A DNA stretch of 64,000 nt, from positions 2,681,591 to 2,745,590 of the forward strand of contig LN717261.1 of assembly GCA_001244265.2 (NCBI GenBank), in the 5' to 3' direction. The position numbers and the translations under genes were made by a program. The first letter of the stretch is position 1. Every line of letters starts with the position of its first letter. Below the pieces are notes generated by a model, which searched no databases, was not told the DNA's origin, and saw nothing but the letters and a program-made list of their open reading frames with translations. Positions 43,392-55,040 of the stretch are shown here, piece by piece. Source of the DNA: Microbotryum violaceum. Taxonomy: Eukaryota.

Positions 43392-45366
43392 CATTCATAT
43401 ACTCGTGCCGTGCTTCCAAGACTTTGGCCAAGAGAGCGGCTTGGGACTTCTTCAAGGAGAACACCAAGGACGGCAAAGCGCCTTTCGACATTGCGACGAT
43501 CAACTTCCGTGAGTTGAACGTAGCGACACAGAAAGGCAGCCCAGTTGCAACAGCCGGACTGATCCTTTTGTGGTTTTCCTTCATTCTTTTTACTCTCAAG
43601 CTTTGATCTTTGGTCCCGTGATCCATGAGATCCACTCAGCAAAATCGCTCAACACCTCCGTCGGAGTCACCTCCTCGGCGACAAGACGAGCGAGGACGCG
43701 ACCAAACCCGCTGGACTTTTGGTCGATGTCCGTGATGTAGCTTTGGCGCATATCCTCGCTTTGGAGAAGGAAGAAACCGGAGGCAAGAGGTTCCTCATCT
43801 CCAAGAAGGAATTCGTGTACCAAGATATCTTGGACCTGCTCGAAGGTTCGGAACAGGGGAAGAAATGGTTGAGCGAGTTCCCCAAAGCGACTAAGAGTGG
43901 GAAGGGGGACGTCAAGGGCGTGAAGCAGAATTTGATCGATACGACGAGGATGGAGACAGTGTTGGGATTGAAGGCGAGGAGTGTGGAAGAGACGGTCTTG
44001 GATATGACAAGGAGCTTGGCGGAGAGGCAGAAAGAGTGGTGAGCGGTTGAGTGTGAATAAGCTTAGAAGATGAAAGGTTCATCAAGCATCGTGGAATTTA
44101 AAGAATTCGTCGCATTCAAGCTTTCGCTCGAAACAGGGCTCGGCAAAAAGATTGTGGACCGAATGCGGACAAGGTCTTTGGCTGATCGATGGCTTGTCCT
44201 CCGCCGAGCAGTGTAACACCCAATAGTTTCCACATCTGGCAACAAGAGCAGCGAAAAGCTACTACGCATAAATATCTGCGTCGTCAGAGTATCTGGAAGT
44301 CTCTACGAATAGCGTGTGCTTCATCTAATGCGCCTCTCCAGGTCCGCGGAGCATCCTCGGCCGCGCTTGCCTAGTCAGTAGCCAGTCATTTCATTGTACT
44401 GACGAAAAGATGGTCCTGTGTATGTGAGTACATATATTTAAGGGCTGGTATCGGGATGTCGAAGCGGTGTATGCCACGGCCATCATTGAAACGAGCCGCA
44501 GCCGTGGAATAGATTCGAGACATTTTTTTGGGGTCCCAAACCGAAGTCCTCGCGCGAAGTCCGGCGTTCCGGGCCCACGGTATAGCCGTCCTATTCTGCT
44601 GGTGGTCGGCATGCGACTTTCTTTAACATCCTCTTGTCCTATTCATTAAAAAAAGCGTGGACTGCTTCCCTTGATGAAGTAGAGTGCTGTAGCTTTGAGG
44701 TGTCAAAGACGGTCTTGCTCTTCCGCAACTTGCAGCTCTCCCTGAAGGTGCTTGATTGATGATTTGAGCTGCTGATATAAGGGGCCGCCCAAGACAAGAA
44801 CATCGCCCCAGAATGATTACAATACAGTCAACACAGGGGCTCCGCCAAAGCCGTCGTCCACCCCGCCAGGCACATCCAAGAACGCTTGCCGCTTTCGCGC
44901 GAATGAAAAAAAGTCAAGTACGAGGGTGCTGGGTGTATGCGCGAAGGCCCTGCTTGCGCACGACACACCCACCCCGCGCGCCGGCCCCGCTCCAGAGGGG
45001 GAAAGCTCGGAGATTCATCAGAGACACTCACTCCCACGCTGAGGAATTGCGAACGCCGTCGGAACCCTCGAACACAAAGTTTTTATCATAAAGGTTTGCA
45101 CCTAGGGCCGCAAAAGGCCTTTAGCACGCAAGAGGTGCCATGAAATAGTAGAGGGTCCTTAATGCTGGGCCGGGTCGCGGCAGCGCCGGCAGCGCCAGTC
45201 GCACAGCCGGGTCCACGCTTTCGAGCCATTCATTGCCAAGGTCTCGCGAAGTGCTTTGGCCACCTTCCCCCCCTCTCCCCTCTCCCCTTTTCCCTTCCTC
45301 CGTACGATCCACAACTCCCTCGCCTCTTTCTTTCGACGCTCGTTCCAACTTCACAAATCTGCAATC

Positions 45367-46567
45367 ATGTTGTTCGCTTCCTTGACGGCCACCATGGCTC
45401 TTTTCTCCTCAGGTGAGTTGCTCGTGTCCGCTAACTCTCGCCGTCCGTTCGCATGCGATCGCAAGGCAGCGAGCGCCAAGTGGTTGTGTCCTCCTCTGGA
45501 CGGGCGGTGTGCGCGCGAACACTTCGGCGCGAGCGCGAGTGCTTGCATGCATGCAGCTTGCGGGCGGAGCGATCACCGGACCCCGATCAGGAGAACGGCT
45601 CGGCGATGGGCCAATGCAAGACAGCGTGTGATGAGCCAGCAGTACAGTCAACTGACAATTAGATTTATCTCTTCTTCTGCTTCGTAGTCCTCGCCGTGGC
45701 GGCATCGCAAGAGCTCGTCGTCGCGTCGCACATGGCTTTATTCCGCCGCGCGGACACGTCCGAGACGAGCTCGTCCTACTTGGCCAACATCCTCGGCATG
45801 GCCTCGAGCGCTTGCGCCGACTCGTGCAACACCGCTACCGCAGATTACACTGTACGTGCTCCGGATACTCCGGAGACGCTGGTTGGCTTTGCTGCTGTAC
45901 TCTGCGCCGCGTAGCGATCTCCCAATCTCGCGTCAGATCGGCAGATCGCTACCGCGCCTTGGGAATCCAATTCGGTTCCTTCATTTCGCTGACGAGCCTC
46001 CGATGCATTTTCTTGCCTCTCCTCTTTCCGTTGACGCCTTGCACAACACACACAATAGCAATGCGCCAATCAAACCAGTCAATCGAGCGTCGCCATGTGT
46101 GCATGCTCTGCCCAATCCCTTGGTGATCTTCGTCAGTCATTTTCTTCGGGACGTGGGCCGTGCCAGCGTTACCCAATTTGTACTGACTGCAATAGCCCTC
46201 GCGCGCATTTGGCTAAAGTAGGCACATGCGCGAATTGCATCGCCAACAACGGGAACGCGACGGCCAAGTCGAGTGCTGTTAGCAACTACAACTGTGAGTT
46301 CCTATCGAGAACTCCAAGCGATGCGGATCGGTGTGCTAACATGAGAGAGTCGATGCGCGCCCGCCCAAAAACTAGCCTTCGTCGATCTCTGCGTTAAGGA
46401 CGGCCTCGCGACCGTGACCGGCACCGTCGCCGTTGGTCAATCAACATCCGCCGTCCCGCGTGCAACGACGACCTTGGCCAGTTCTGCATCCCGAGCCGTC
46501 TACACCACCGCTGCATCGGTATCCGCTGTGCCCTTCGCTTCCCTTGCCGGTAACTCTTCTGCCGGCA

Positions 46568-46598
<31 letters not shown>

Positions 46599-46704
46599 AG
46601 GATCCGCTGCGCCGGCGTCGGCGACTGCCAAGTCCGGGGCGGGCAGACTTATTTCGAGTGGTTTGGGCGCTGTGCTCGTTGTCGCTTTGCGATTATTGGC
46701 TTGA
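45367..46704 (+). CDS. Secreted Cys-rich, Ser/Thr/Ala-rich, probably GPI-anchored protein (5 exons)
   Basis: Signal peptide MLFASLTATMALFSS-VLAVAA. Spliced exons give C..SC, CAN..CAC, C.NC and LC. S/T/A stalk and hydrophobic tail SGAGRLISSGLGAVLVVALRLLA. Confidence 0.75.
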
Positions 46705-47276
46705 TCGGACCTCGAGTGCTTCTTGGATCGATTTGTATTGACATGGACGGACGAATACCAGTACTGGATCCCGAAGCTCGCACCTTTGGAAAAACCCGCA
46801 AACCCCACAAAAGCACCCCTTGTTCATTAATAATATGTAGGCGGAAAGCTGGACCGCTTCTTTCTCTATCAGCATCTTCTTCTTCACTCCTCGCTAGACC
46901 TTTGGGGCCAGTGGCTGTTACTCCCTTCTCATTTATTTATGTTGTCCCTCTGTTTGGAGTATCTTCGCGGACGCTCTGTTTCCATCCCCCTTCTCCTTTT
47001 GCAACCTTTACTTGACATTTTTTTAATTTTGCACACTTTTTAACCCGAAATGGCAAGCAGAGAAAGAGAGGAGGTCACCATGGCGCTGTCCGGCTCGGCG
47101 ATGAGAGTCCCGACGAAGCAAGCGCGATCACGTGATTGCTAATCGATCGGCCCGATCGAGTGATCGAGGGGACGACTCGGCACGCCATTCCGTCTCTTGG
47201 CTCCGTTCCGCACCTGGCAAGTAGCCATCTTCGCTCGACTCGAACGTAGTACAGCTCGACACCATCGATCAGGACC

Positions 47277-48267
47277 ATGCTGGGCGAAGATATTCGCCGT
47301 ACGGTCACTCGCCTTACACATCGGAAGCAGAACTCGAGACCCGTTGCGACGTATAATGGTGAGTCTATTGAGGACGAGGTGACGTGCTCGACTGGGCTCA
47401 GGAGCTGAGAGGAAGAGAAGACGGTCGAGCTGACGACTTTGTCTTGTTGCTTCTCGAACCTCGGCATGATCTTCGAACATTAGGTCACCGAAGAAAAAGT
47501 TTCATCACTTCCGACATCGACGAACTGACCGAGCTAAGAGCCCGACAAAGGACCTTTGACGGTATGTACGTCCACGTGCCGTAGGCTTGACGAGGAAGCT
47601 GAGGCTTGCGGGGAGGTTTGGGTGCTCGTACAGGTGCTTATACCCGTACGGCGTTGGGGTTGTTTGATTACGCGCTCCTCATCTTGAAGATCTTTTCAGC
47701 CGAGTTCGCAAAGAGTGAGTGGCTCCTCCTTTTTATCGGGAGCTCACACTCGAGAAGGCTATGAAGTATTGTTGACTGATTGGTGTATCATTTCTTGTTT
47801 CAGTCGGTCTTCTCTATGTCATTCTGGGGACGCTCATCCTGTTGATCGGGTACCATCGCGCCAGAAGAAGCGATGTCGATTTTGCCGGTGCGTCTCTAAT
47901 GTCGGCACCCGGTTTGGCTGCTTGGGCAAATGATGAGTAGCTGAACTGATGCTTGAAATTTTGTACAGACGAATATCGGATATCTCCTACAACGACCGTC
48001 TCTCCGCCCTCCACTTCAGCCGAGACGACATCCAAAACCCCTGAACCCCGCACCGCTCCCTCCGAAGCGCACCCCGATTCCAATCCCGAACCACTGAACA
48101 CCACCCAAGCAGCCATGGTTGCCTCCGCACCTCCCCACGTCACTCAAGCCGTCGGTCCTAAACTCTGGGGTCGCCCTTTTCGAACGAGCGGGGACGTCGT
48201 CGTTGTGCTTTGCTTGGTCTGTGTGGTGTTGTATGCGGCGATCTTTGCGCTCGTGATAGAGCTGTAG
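47277..48267 (+). CDS. DUF202-like membrane protein (5 exons; N-terminus uncertain)
   Basis: Spliced product ELRARQRTFDGAYTRTALG...IGLLYVILG...GRPFRTSG plus three hydrophobic segments. Four canonical GT-AG introns keep the frame. Confidence 0.7.
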
Positions 48268-48971
48268 ATGAGGTGGTTGGGAGAGGGTGTCAAGATTAAT
48301 CTGGAATATTGTTATTGTTGGATTGCGCTGTTATAAAATATCCCAACTTCGACTCAACACGAGTCATCGCATGTCTCATCACCCTCGCGTCTGATTGAGA
48401 TGTCTGAGACAATGACTCTTTCGCATGGAAGTCGGGTTATACCGCCGTGTGGACTCAAAGCGGATACATGGGATCAGCGTCATATTTCGGTTCTTGATCT
48501 TGCGATCGCGACTCCTGAAGGCTATGCTCGGCCATTCAATGCGCTAAAAGTCCCGTCGCAGCGTCTTGACCGAGGCGCCGCTCTTCGTCTTCTTTGCTAT
48601 CCGCAATCGCTCGTCAACGACCTCTACGATCAAGAGGCCTACCATTCTATACCTATCCTTTAGAACCCATCACAAGTGGGAGGCGCGTAGCAGTGCGCCG
48701 AGCCCGAAGCAGGTGAGCAATCCATCCCCGAGAATCGCTTCAATCGAGAGGAAAAAAACACCTCCTGAGTCTGACGATCTTCTACCAAACCACCCTCTCT
48801 CGCTCTCTTTCGCACTCTCGCTTTCGCTTCGCAACACCGTTCTTGGGTCAAAAAGGAAGAATCGGGATCCTCGTAAAGGAATTTTTTGGATATACTACAT
48901 CACGAACGTTGATACCGTCGATCCAAAAGTGAAGCTCGTAGGATTACGTTCATTCGGCGAGTGAGACGGCA

Positions 48972-49562
48972 ATGATGCGGAATGACGGCTCCTCGCGGTT
49001 CAGGACCGACTCGACACCGCCTCTCATCGTCGAGAGTTCGATAAGGGTCGTTTCGGAGGATGGGGGGGGGACACGAGATGAATATGATGAGACCAGAAGT
49101 AATCTGTCAGATGAGGCGTACTGGGCCCACAGAGCGGGGCACTTTGGCTTGATGTCTATGACCGAGGTAACTAGAGACAACGTCGCGGCGTGGGAGCTGG
49201 GTGCGATCGAGCCGACGACGTCGACGACGACACCTTCAAGTAGCACGAGTTCACCGGCTCAAGGTTCAGCCACCAGCTCGGATACGATACAGCACCAGCA
49301 CCTCGACGAAGATGACGACCCCATTGTTCAAGTCGTCGAACCAACTTGGAAAGCCGTGCCTCTTCGACCTAGGAAGCAGACGCGTTTCGAGAGGGCCGAA
49401 GAGCGAAGACGGCAGATGACGGAGGAAGAATGGTTGATTAGGGTGAAGAAAAGGAGGAGGAGGACGCTCGGATTGATCGTGGGGGTTTTCGGAACGGTTG
49501 TGGTGGGAACGGTGGTGATTTGTGCGATCTTTGTAGCCCAGAAACGGAGGGATGGGGGCTGA
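48972..49562 (+). CDS. Hypothetical single-pass membrane protein
   Basis: 196-aa ORF with a basic patch KKRRRR followed by a C-terminal hydrophobic helix. Confidence 0.5.
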   Translation: MMRNDGSSRFRTDSTPPLIVESSIRVVSEDGGGTRDEYDETRSNLSDEAYWAHRAGHFGLMSMTEVTRDNVAAWELGAIEPTTSTTTPSSSTSSPAQGSATSSDTIQHQHLDEDDDPIVQVVEPTWKAVPLRPRKQTRFERAEERRRQMTEEEWLIRVKKRRRRTLGLIVGVFGTVVVGTVVICAIFVAQKRRDGG

Positions 49563-49935
49563 GAGCGGGATTGGCCGACCACGTGAACAAGGGCACCTAC
49601 TTCTGCATCTGTTCTGATAATGAGTACCTAAGCTAGATACCAGCTAACTGATACATTGTACAAGTTGAGATTGTACAATTTGAGATATCCCGCTATTGTG
49701 GTCTAAGTGATGACCGACCCGGGGGTTGAAGCACGTTTGAGGCCACGTGCTTCCCCGCCGCGGTCGGTGAATTTAGCCCACCCGGGTAGCCCCTTTTCTC
49801 GCAAGCTCACCGGCGTGAAACTGCGCCGTACCGCCACCTGAGACACTGTCGCGAGTTCAGCCATAGCACGGCTAGTGATTCTCCATTATCAAGTTTGAGC
49901 AAGTTGTGAAAGGTCTTGTGAGACGCAGGTGATGC

Positions 49936-50919
49936 TTGGTTCATGATCCTGAACTCACCCCATCCGTCGCCAACTCGAACACGATGCCCGGCGACGCCGA
50001 ACCACCTGATTCATCCAGTTCGCCACCTCCATTCGCAGTCTTGGGCCCACTTAATTCGAAGATTGCCGATTCCTCCCCATCTCCACGCCTTCAGGAGAAG
50101 TCCGCGCTCCATTCCGCTTCGCCGACCGTCGTGGAGAGTTCGGTCTCGCAGCCACTCGCACGAACGAATTCATTGCCTCGCGCGCCTGCACCTGCGCTCG
50201 CATCGACTGGGGTTCAGCCGATTCGAACGACCCACGCTACAAATCGAGGAGGAAAATCTACCTCATCTTCATTGCAACAAGCACCTCGACATGAATCCAG
50301 CCCTTCATCAGGTACCACTCGATCCAGCACTCGGTTCCAAGAAGACTTTGGGATTGGGATCGACTTGCCCACCCGACCCAGACCGAGTTCATTACGGAAT
50401 GGGACGGCACGATCGGCCATTAGTAGTCCGGCAGGCAAGGAACGTCGTTCTTCGGGGACGAAGTACGCTTCGACGCTTTCGAGGTTAACGGGGAGTGGGG
50501 AATGGACGATTGGGACGTGTGAGTTGGGGACGACGGAGAAGGAGTACAAGGTCGATTTGTCAATGGCGACGCGAGGATGCAGCGGGTTTGCGAACTCGGC
50601 TCTTGAAGAAAGTCCTGCGGAAGGTCAAGAAAGAACTGTCAACGACCTCTCGAATCGGTTTATCTCCACTTCGAGCCCTCATCAGCTCAGACCATCATCG
50701 AAAAATACGGACAACGCCGATCTCCCAAGCATCACTCCTACGGCACGTCAACATCGACGTTATCTGAAATCCGTTTTTGCCGTCATCGGCATCATCGCGG
50801 CTGTCGCGTTACTTTCGACCGCGCTCGTTTGCGGTCTGCTGCGAAGGCCGAGAGCGGTGCCAGTGTTGGTGTGCAGATGGATTCGACGAGGCTGGCTCAG
50901 GGAGGACGGTTCAGGATAA
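49936..50919 (+). CDS. Hypothetical Ser/Pro-rich single-pass membrane protein
   Basis: 327-aa ORF with a disordered N-terminus and TM segment VFAVIGIIAAVALLSTALVCGLL. Confidence 0.5.
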   Translation: MVHDPELTPSVANSNTMPGDAEPPDSSSSPPPFAVLGPLNSKIADSSPSPRLQEKSALHSASPTVVESSVSQPLARTNSLPRAPAPALASTGVQPIRTTHATNRGGKSTSSSLQQAPRHESSPSSGTTRSSTRFQEDFGIGIDLPTRPRPSSLRNGTARSAISSPAGKERRSSGTKYASTLSRLTGSGEWTIGTCELGTTEKEYKVDLSMATRGCSGFANSALEESPAEGQERTVNDLSNRFISTSSPHQLRPSSKNTDNADLPSITPTARQHRRYLKSVFAVIGIIAAVALLSTALVCGLLRRPRAVPVLVCRWIRRGWLREDGSG

Positions 50920-51041
50920 TGGCCATGTGAAGGGAACGTGGCTTGTGAGGACGCCGAGAGCGAGGTTTTGATCACGAGCTTTGTGCGAAAATATTTAACG
51001 TTTATTAGCTTATAGTCCTATCTCGATATGATAGCTAGTAA

Positions 51042-52488
51042 AGGTAAAGGCAGAAGGTAGTGTAGTGCTCACCTGCTCAAGCGGTGGTAAGGCTCTGATC
51101 GACAGACGAAGGAGACCAGACCAAGAAGTTGCTTGAGCAGGAGAGAGAGAGGCGCGGAGCCAGTTGGCTCGGGTGAGCGCGCGGCTGGTCCAAAAGGAGG
51201 TAAGGTGAGACCAAGAAAAGGAGACATGATGCGAGAAGGAAACACAGGAGGTTGTCGATCTCACACTTTTCATGAGAACAGAAATGCCCTTCTCCAAAGG
51301 ACCAAAATGCCCTCGGATTCTCGACTTCTGTAATACTTGATATATCAGCTCATAACCAAGAGGGTAGCTTCTTGTAGTCGTTGTGATCAGCGCCGTATAC
51401 TCAGAATCCCCAGAGATGCCGTGAGAATTCATATATCACGGTCGCAAAGTCAGGGGTCCTCATCGATCGTCGACGCGTCGAGGCGCGCGAGTTCGCGAAT
51501 CGAGGTTGGCCACCTTCCGCGTTCTCGCCTCGACATCGAAGTCACCACCAACTTTCGACAATGGAACATTTTTTAAGAAAGGGGGGCAGTCTCTACAAAA
51601 AGAAGGAGCTCACAGATGCGGGCCATCAATATGCGCTTGATCACCAGTTTCAGCTCGACATTCGCAAGTCTGACACGCGTCGTGAGCAAGAGTGTCCAAG
51701 ATCCTCCGTGCGCCTTCCCTGCCACTGCTATCTCCAAAGAAGAACGCAGTGTTTGGACCATCATTGTCTTTAATGAAGCCCACAGTCACCGATCGCTGCT
51801 GCACACCGGCGACAGCAAGAGCAGACTTACGCGACACCGCTCCAACCTGTTCCATCTCGGGCCGAATGGAAGCTGCATTGTCTTCCTCGTGAGCGTCATG
51901 AGGTCATGGTGAAGTGGACGATAGTGACTCAACTGTCGAAGAAGAGGGTGTCATTATCATTTCGTCACATCTCTCCAAGCGTATACGACGTCCGATCAAA
52001 CGCAGGTTCCGGGGTGCGGACGAGAAGTCCAAGCGCGACACGATCTGTGGTCTCTGCAAAGGCCCCGGACACAACCGAGTTACATGCGATAGATAGATAG
52101 ACCGTTTGAATCTGAGCATAAGGCGTCAAGACTGTCAATGCTACTACTGCTGGCCTTTTTCATATGGAATTCACTCGGTCTATACTCATCGCTCGCTTTC
52201 GACTTGGACTCGCTTCAGTCGCGATAGGGCCCTGACTTTGCAACCGTGATATATGAATTCTCACGGCATCTCTGGGGATTCTGAGTATACGGCGCTGATC
52301 ACAACGACTACAAGAAGCTACCCTCTTGATTATGAGCTGATATATCAAGTATTACAGAAGCCGAGAATCCGAGGGCATTTTGGTCCTTTAGGGAAGGGCA
52401 TTTCTGTCCTCATGAAAAGAAGCGAGGTCATTTTCGTCCTTTCGCTATCTTTCGAGGGCATTTTTGTCCTTTACCCTAACTATTACCC
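51042..52488 (+). mobile_element. Non-autonomous, internally deleted Mutator-like element
   Basis: ~190-bp inverted repeats (51266-51456 vs ~52229-52419), Mutator-type end GGGTAAAGGACAAAAATGCCC and 10-bp TSD TAGCTAGTAA. Residual FAR1-like CAF..W..FNEAHSH and zinc knuckle CGLCKGPGHNRVTC. Confidence 0.85.
51051..51265 (-). mobile_element. Truncated LTR (family E) inserted in the left TIR of the MULE
   Basis: Starts TGTGAGATCG on the minus strand, has CGCGCG and CT-rich tracts like the other LTRs, and replaces part of the TIR. Confidence 0.55.
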
Positions 52489-53027
52489 TAGCTAGTAAAA
52501 ACAAAATGTGAGTTAAGGAATATACCTAAAATCGCTGTTTTTAACTAGGTTGCGGCCTGGAGGGCCGCCTGTGGTGGATGTACCAGCATACTGTTGTGTC
52601 TGCCGCACCTGCCTGTGGTGTCCATGTTCCGATCAGAAGTCATGTACAAGCCCTGTGGTGACTTTTGTATTTTCCGCGTCGTTCCAACGAAGTTACAGCG
52701 CTCCCAGTATTTTCCTTCTTTTTTCGCTCACATAAAACAATGCTTCCACTCATATTGCATTTAATGAACCGCAAGCGCGTGGCTTTGCATGATATTGCTT
52801 CTACAGCAGAGCTCTGCCTGACGTGCGAGGCGAGGGCTGGCGTTTGTCACGTGATGCGGTGCGCCGGCGGTGGAGTGTCATTCCGGCAGTCGACCAGCGG
52901 CATTAGGGGCTGAACAACAAATCAAACCACGTAGATAATCCTGCGCCACTCCCTCGAACCTTTCCTTTCTCCCTCTCACTCTCATCCAATTTTAGTGATA
53001 CTCATTCAAGAACAAACCCTCGCTGCT

Positions 53028-55040
53028 ATGTCCCGGTCCCAAGGTCGCCAGGGACTCAGGGAGGGCCATCGCAACCTCGCCAAGTCTTGGGCGCGAGGGT
53101 AGCGCCGTACCATGGGCTACCATGGGCCTGCCTGAGCGCCCCGCGGCTCGACCCTCCTCTTCGTCCCGCTCCGATCAACAGAATCAGCCCCCCGGCGCGT
53201 CATGACAACAATTCAACCGATCTTGGCATTGCGACACGTATACGACCCCGCCGTGCAGCTGTGCAGAACGGACAGCGTGGTCAGCGCGATGGCCAACTCG
53301 ACGCTGGGCTCGCCCCACCAACCACCTCCGCAAAGGCGAGTGCGCCGGGCTCGAATCGCGCTCAGACCCCTCAAGCCCACGTTTCGATCCGCGACGACCT
53401 CGGCCCCCAGACGGCCGTGTGCACCCACTGCAAGGCTCGGCACTGGGAGTGCGAAAGGTCGAAGTCGACCAGACACTTCAGCGCGTGCTGCTCGCAGGGC
53501 AAGGTGCGGCTACCTCCCCCTCCCCAGCCCAATCTCGAGTATCGGCAGCTTCTTCAAGGCTCGGATAGCGGTCAGTTGCTCCGTCCAACAACGTTCGTCT
53601 GCAGTAGACCCACATGCTGAACTGTTCTACCCACCCACACAGAAGCTAAAGCATTCCGCGAGAATGCCCGGTCGTACAACAACGCATTGTCGTTCACTTC
53701 GCTCGCTGCCCTCTGGGACCAAACTCAAGTGGGCACGCTAGGACCCCCCGTGTTTCGCGTGTTTGGTCGCCTCTACCATCGACTCGGCGCCCTGATCCAC
53801 GCCGTGACTCAACGCCCAACCTTTGCTCAAACATGGCTGATCGACCCGGCCGAGGCCACCGACACTCGACTTGGACCCGACGGCGCAGACAGTCACATGC
53901 AACGATCTACTTTGACCAAGCTCGAGTCCATTCTGCGCACCGGCAATCACTTTGTGAGGGAGTTCGCATCGGCCAAAGCTCGCGCAGGTTGGGATACGGC
54001 CAAAGAGTGGATCCTGCGCCTCTGCCTCCCGCCAAGCCGGGACCGACCTACCCACAACCTTCCTACGTCAAGCACGGAAGTGGCGATGCTTATCTGCGAT
54101 TCCGACACCAACATGGGAGATCGTGGACCTTAAGACCGTATTCTCCAGGTGCACAGTGATCGATGTCCCGATGGTCGGCCCAAGTACCAAATCGTTAGCT
54201 CGCTCCATCCGTCCGCGATGCCTCTCCGTTACCCACTACTTTTTCCTGCAGGGGAAGATGGCTTCCACCCCAACATTCCTCTTTGCAGTTTCAACCAAGC
54301 TGGGCCGCCCATCGCCAGAAACCGAGAGCAGATCGACAATGGTGTCCAATTGCGCGAGCTACTTGACGGCCTTGGTCCAGATGAAGTACTTGCGGGTCTC
54401 AGTCTTGATGACGGAGGCGAAGAGGAGGACGAAGACCGCGACGATGAGGATGAAGACGGCGAGGAAGGGGACGAAGAGGATGGTGATGGCGAACGTACGC
54501 GTCTTCGGCTCTTTCTTTGATGTTCCATTCTGCCGAAGGCGCAAGCACAGACTGACATTGAGCTTTTGAACACCTAGGACGAAGGTCAAGTAAAGGGGTC
54601 GAGGTGGCGAGTCTCGCGTTCACCATTCTTTGCGCACTACTTGCCAAACGCGACGAGTACTTCTCAATCACGCATTGCACCCAACGTCCCATCCTGGAGT
54701 TTGTGATTTACGGATATCCTCCCAAGTCGAGACCGATCGACTCAACACATCCGATTGCATCAAGAGAACCTACGCCTCACCACGACCCAAGGCATCAACG
54801 GCTTGACCCCGAACCAAATCGCGACATCACGCAGCGATACCAGGATGCGATGGCGTGTGTTGTCAAAGAGGAAAAGCCTCCGCTGCTGATCACGATGACG
54901 TACGACCCCGACTCACCGGAAACCAAGGCTGCACTGGGGCCGTTAAAGCATGCAACCGTCCGGATCTCATTGCACGAGTGTTTGAAGCCAAGTCCGGCAA
55001 CAAGCGACATGCAGGCTGTTTCGGCGATGAATGTAAGATG
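53028..55040 (+). mobile_element. Helitron RepHel N-terminal region, degenerate and deleted
   Basis: CTHCKARHW..CCSQGKVRLP, intron, RSYNNALSFTS, GRLYHRLGAL, PLRYPLLFPAGEDG, RYQDAMA..LITMT..RPDLIARVF. Confidence 0.85.

Larger units (their letters stand above)
37728..44042 (+). pseudogene. NAD(P)-dependent epimerase/aldehyde reductase (Gre2-like extended SDR) pseudogene, interrupted by Copia B (start approximate)
   Basis: Motifs LLT(R)ASGFLAAHV, VRGTVRS, VHTASPF, GTLNV, SSFAAV, (C)RASKTLA and VDVRDVALAH. Two frameshifts and a lost splice acceptor. Confidence 0.85.
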
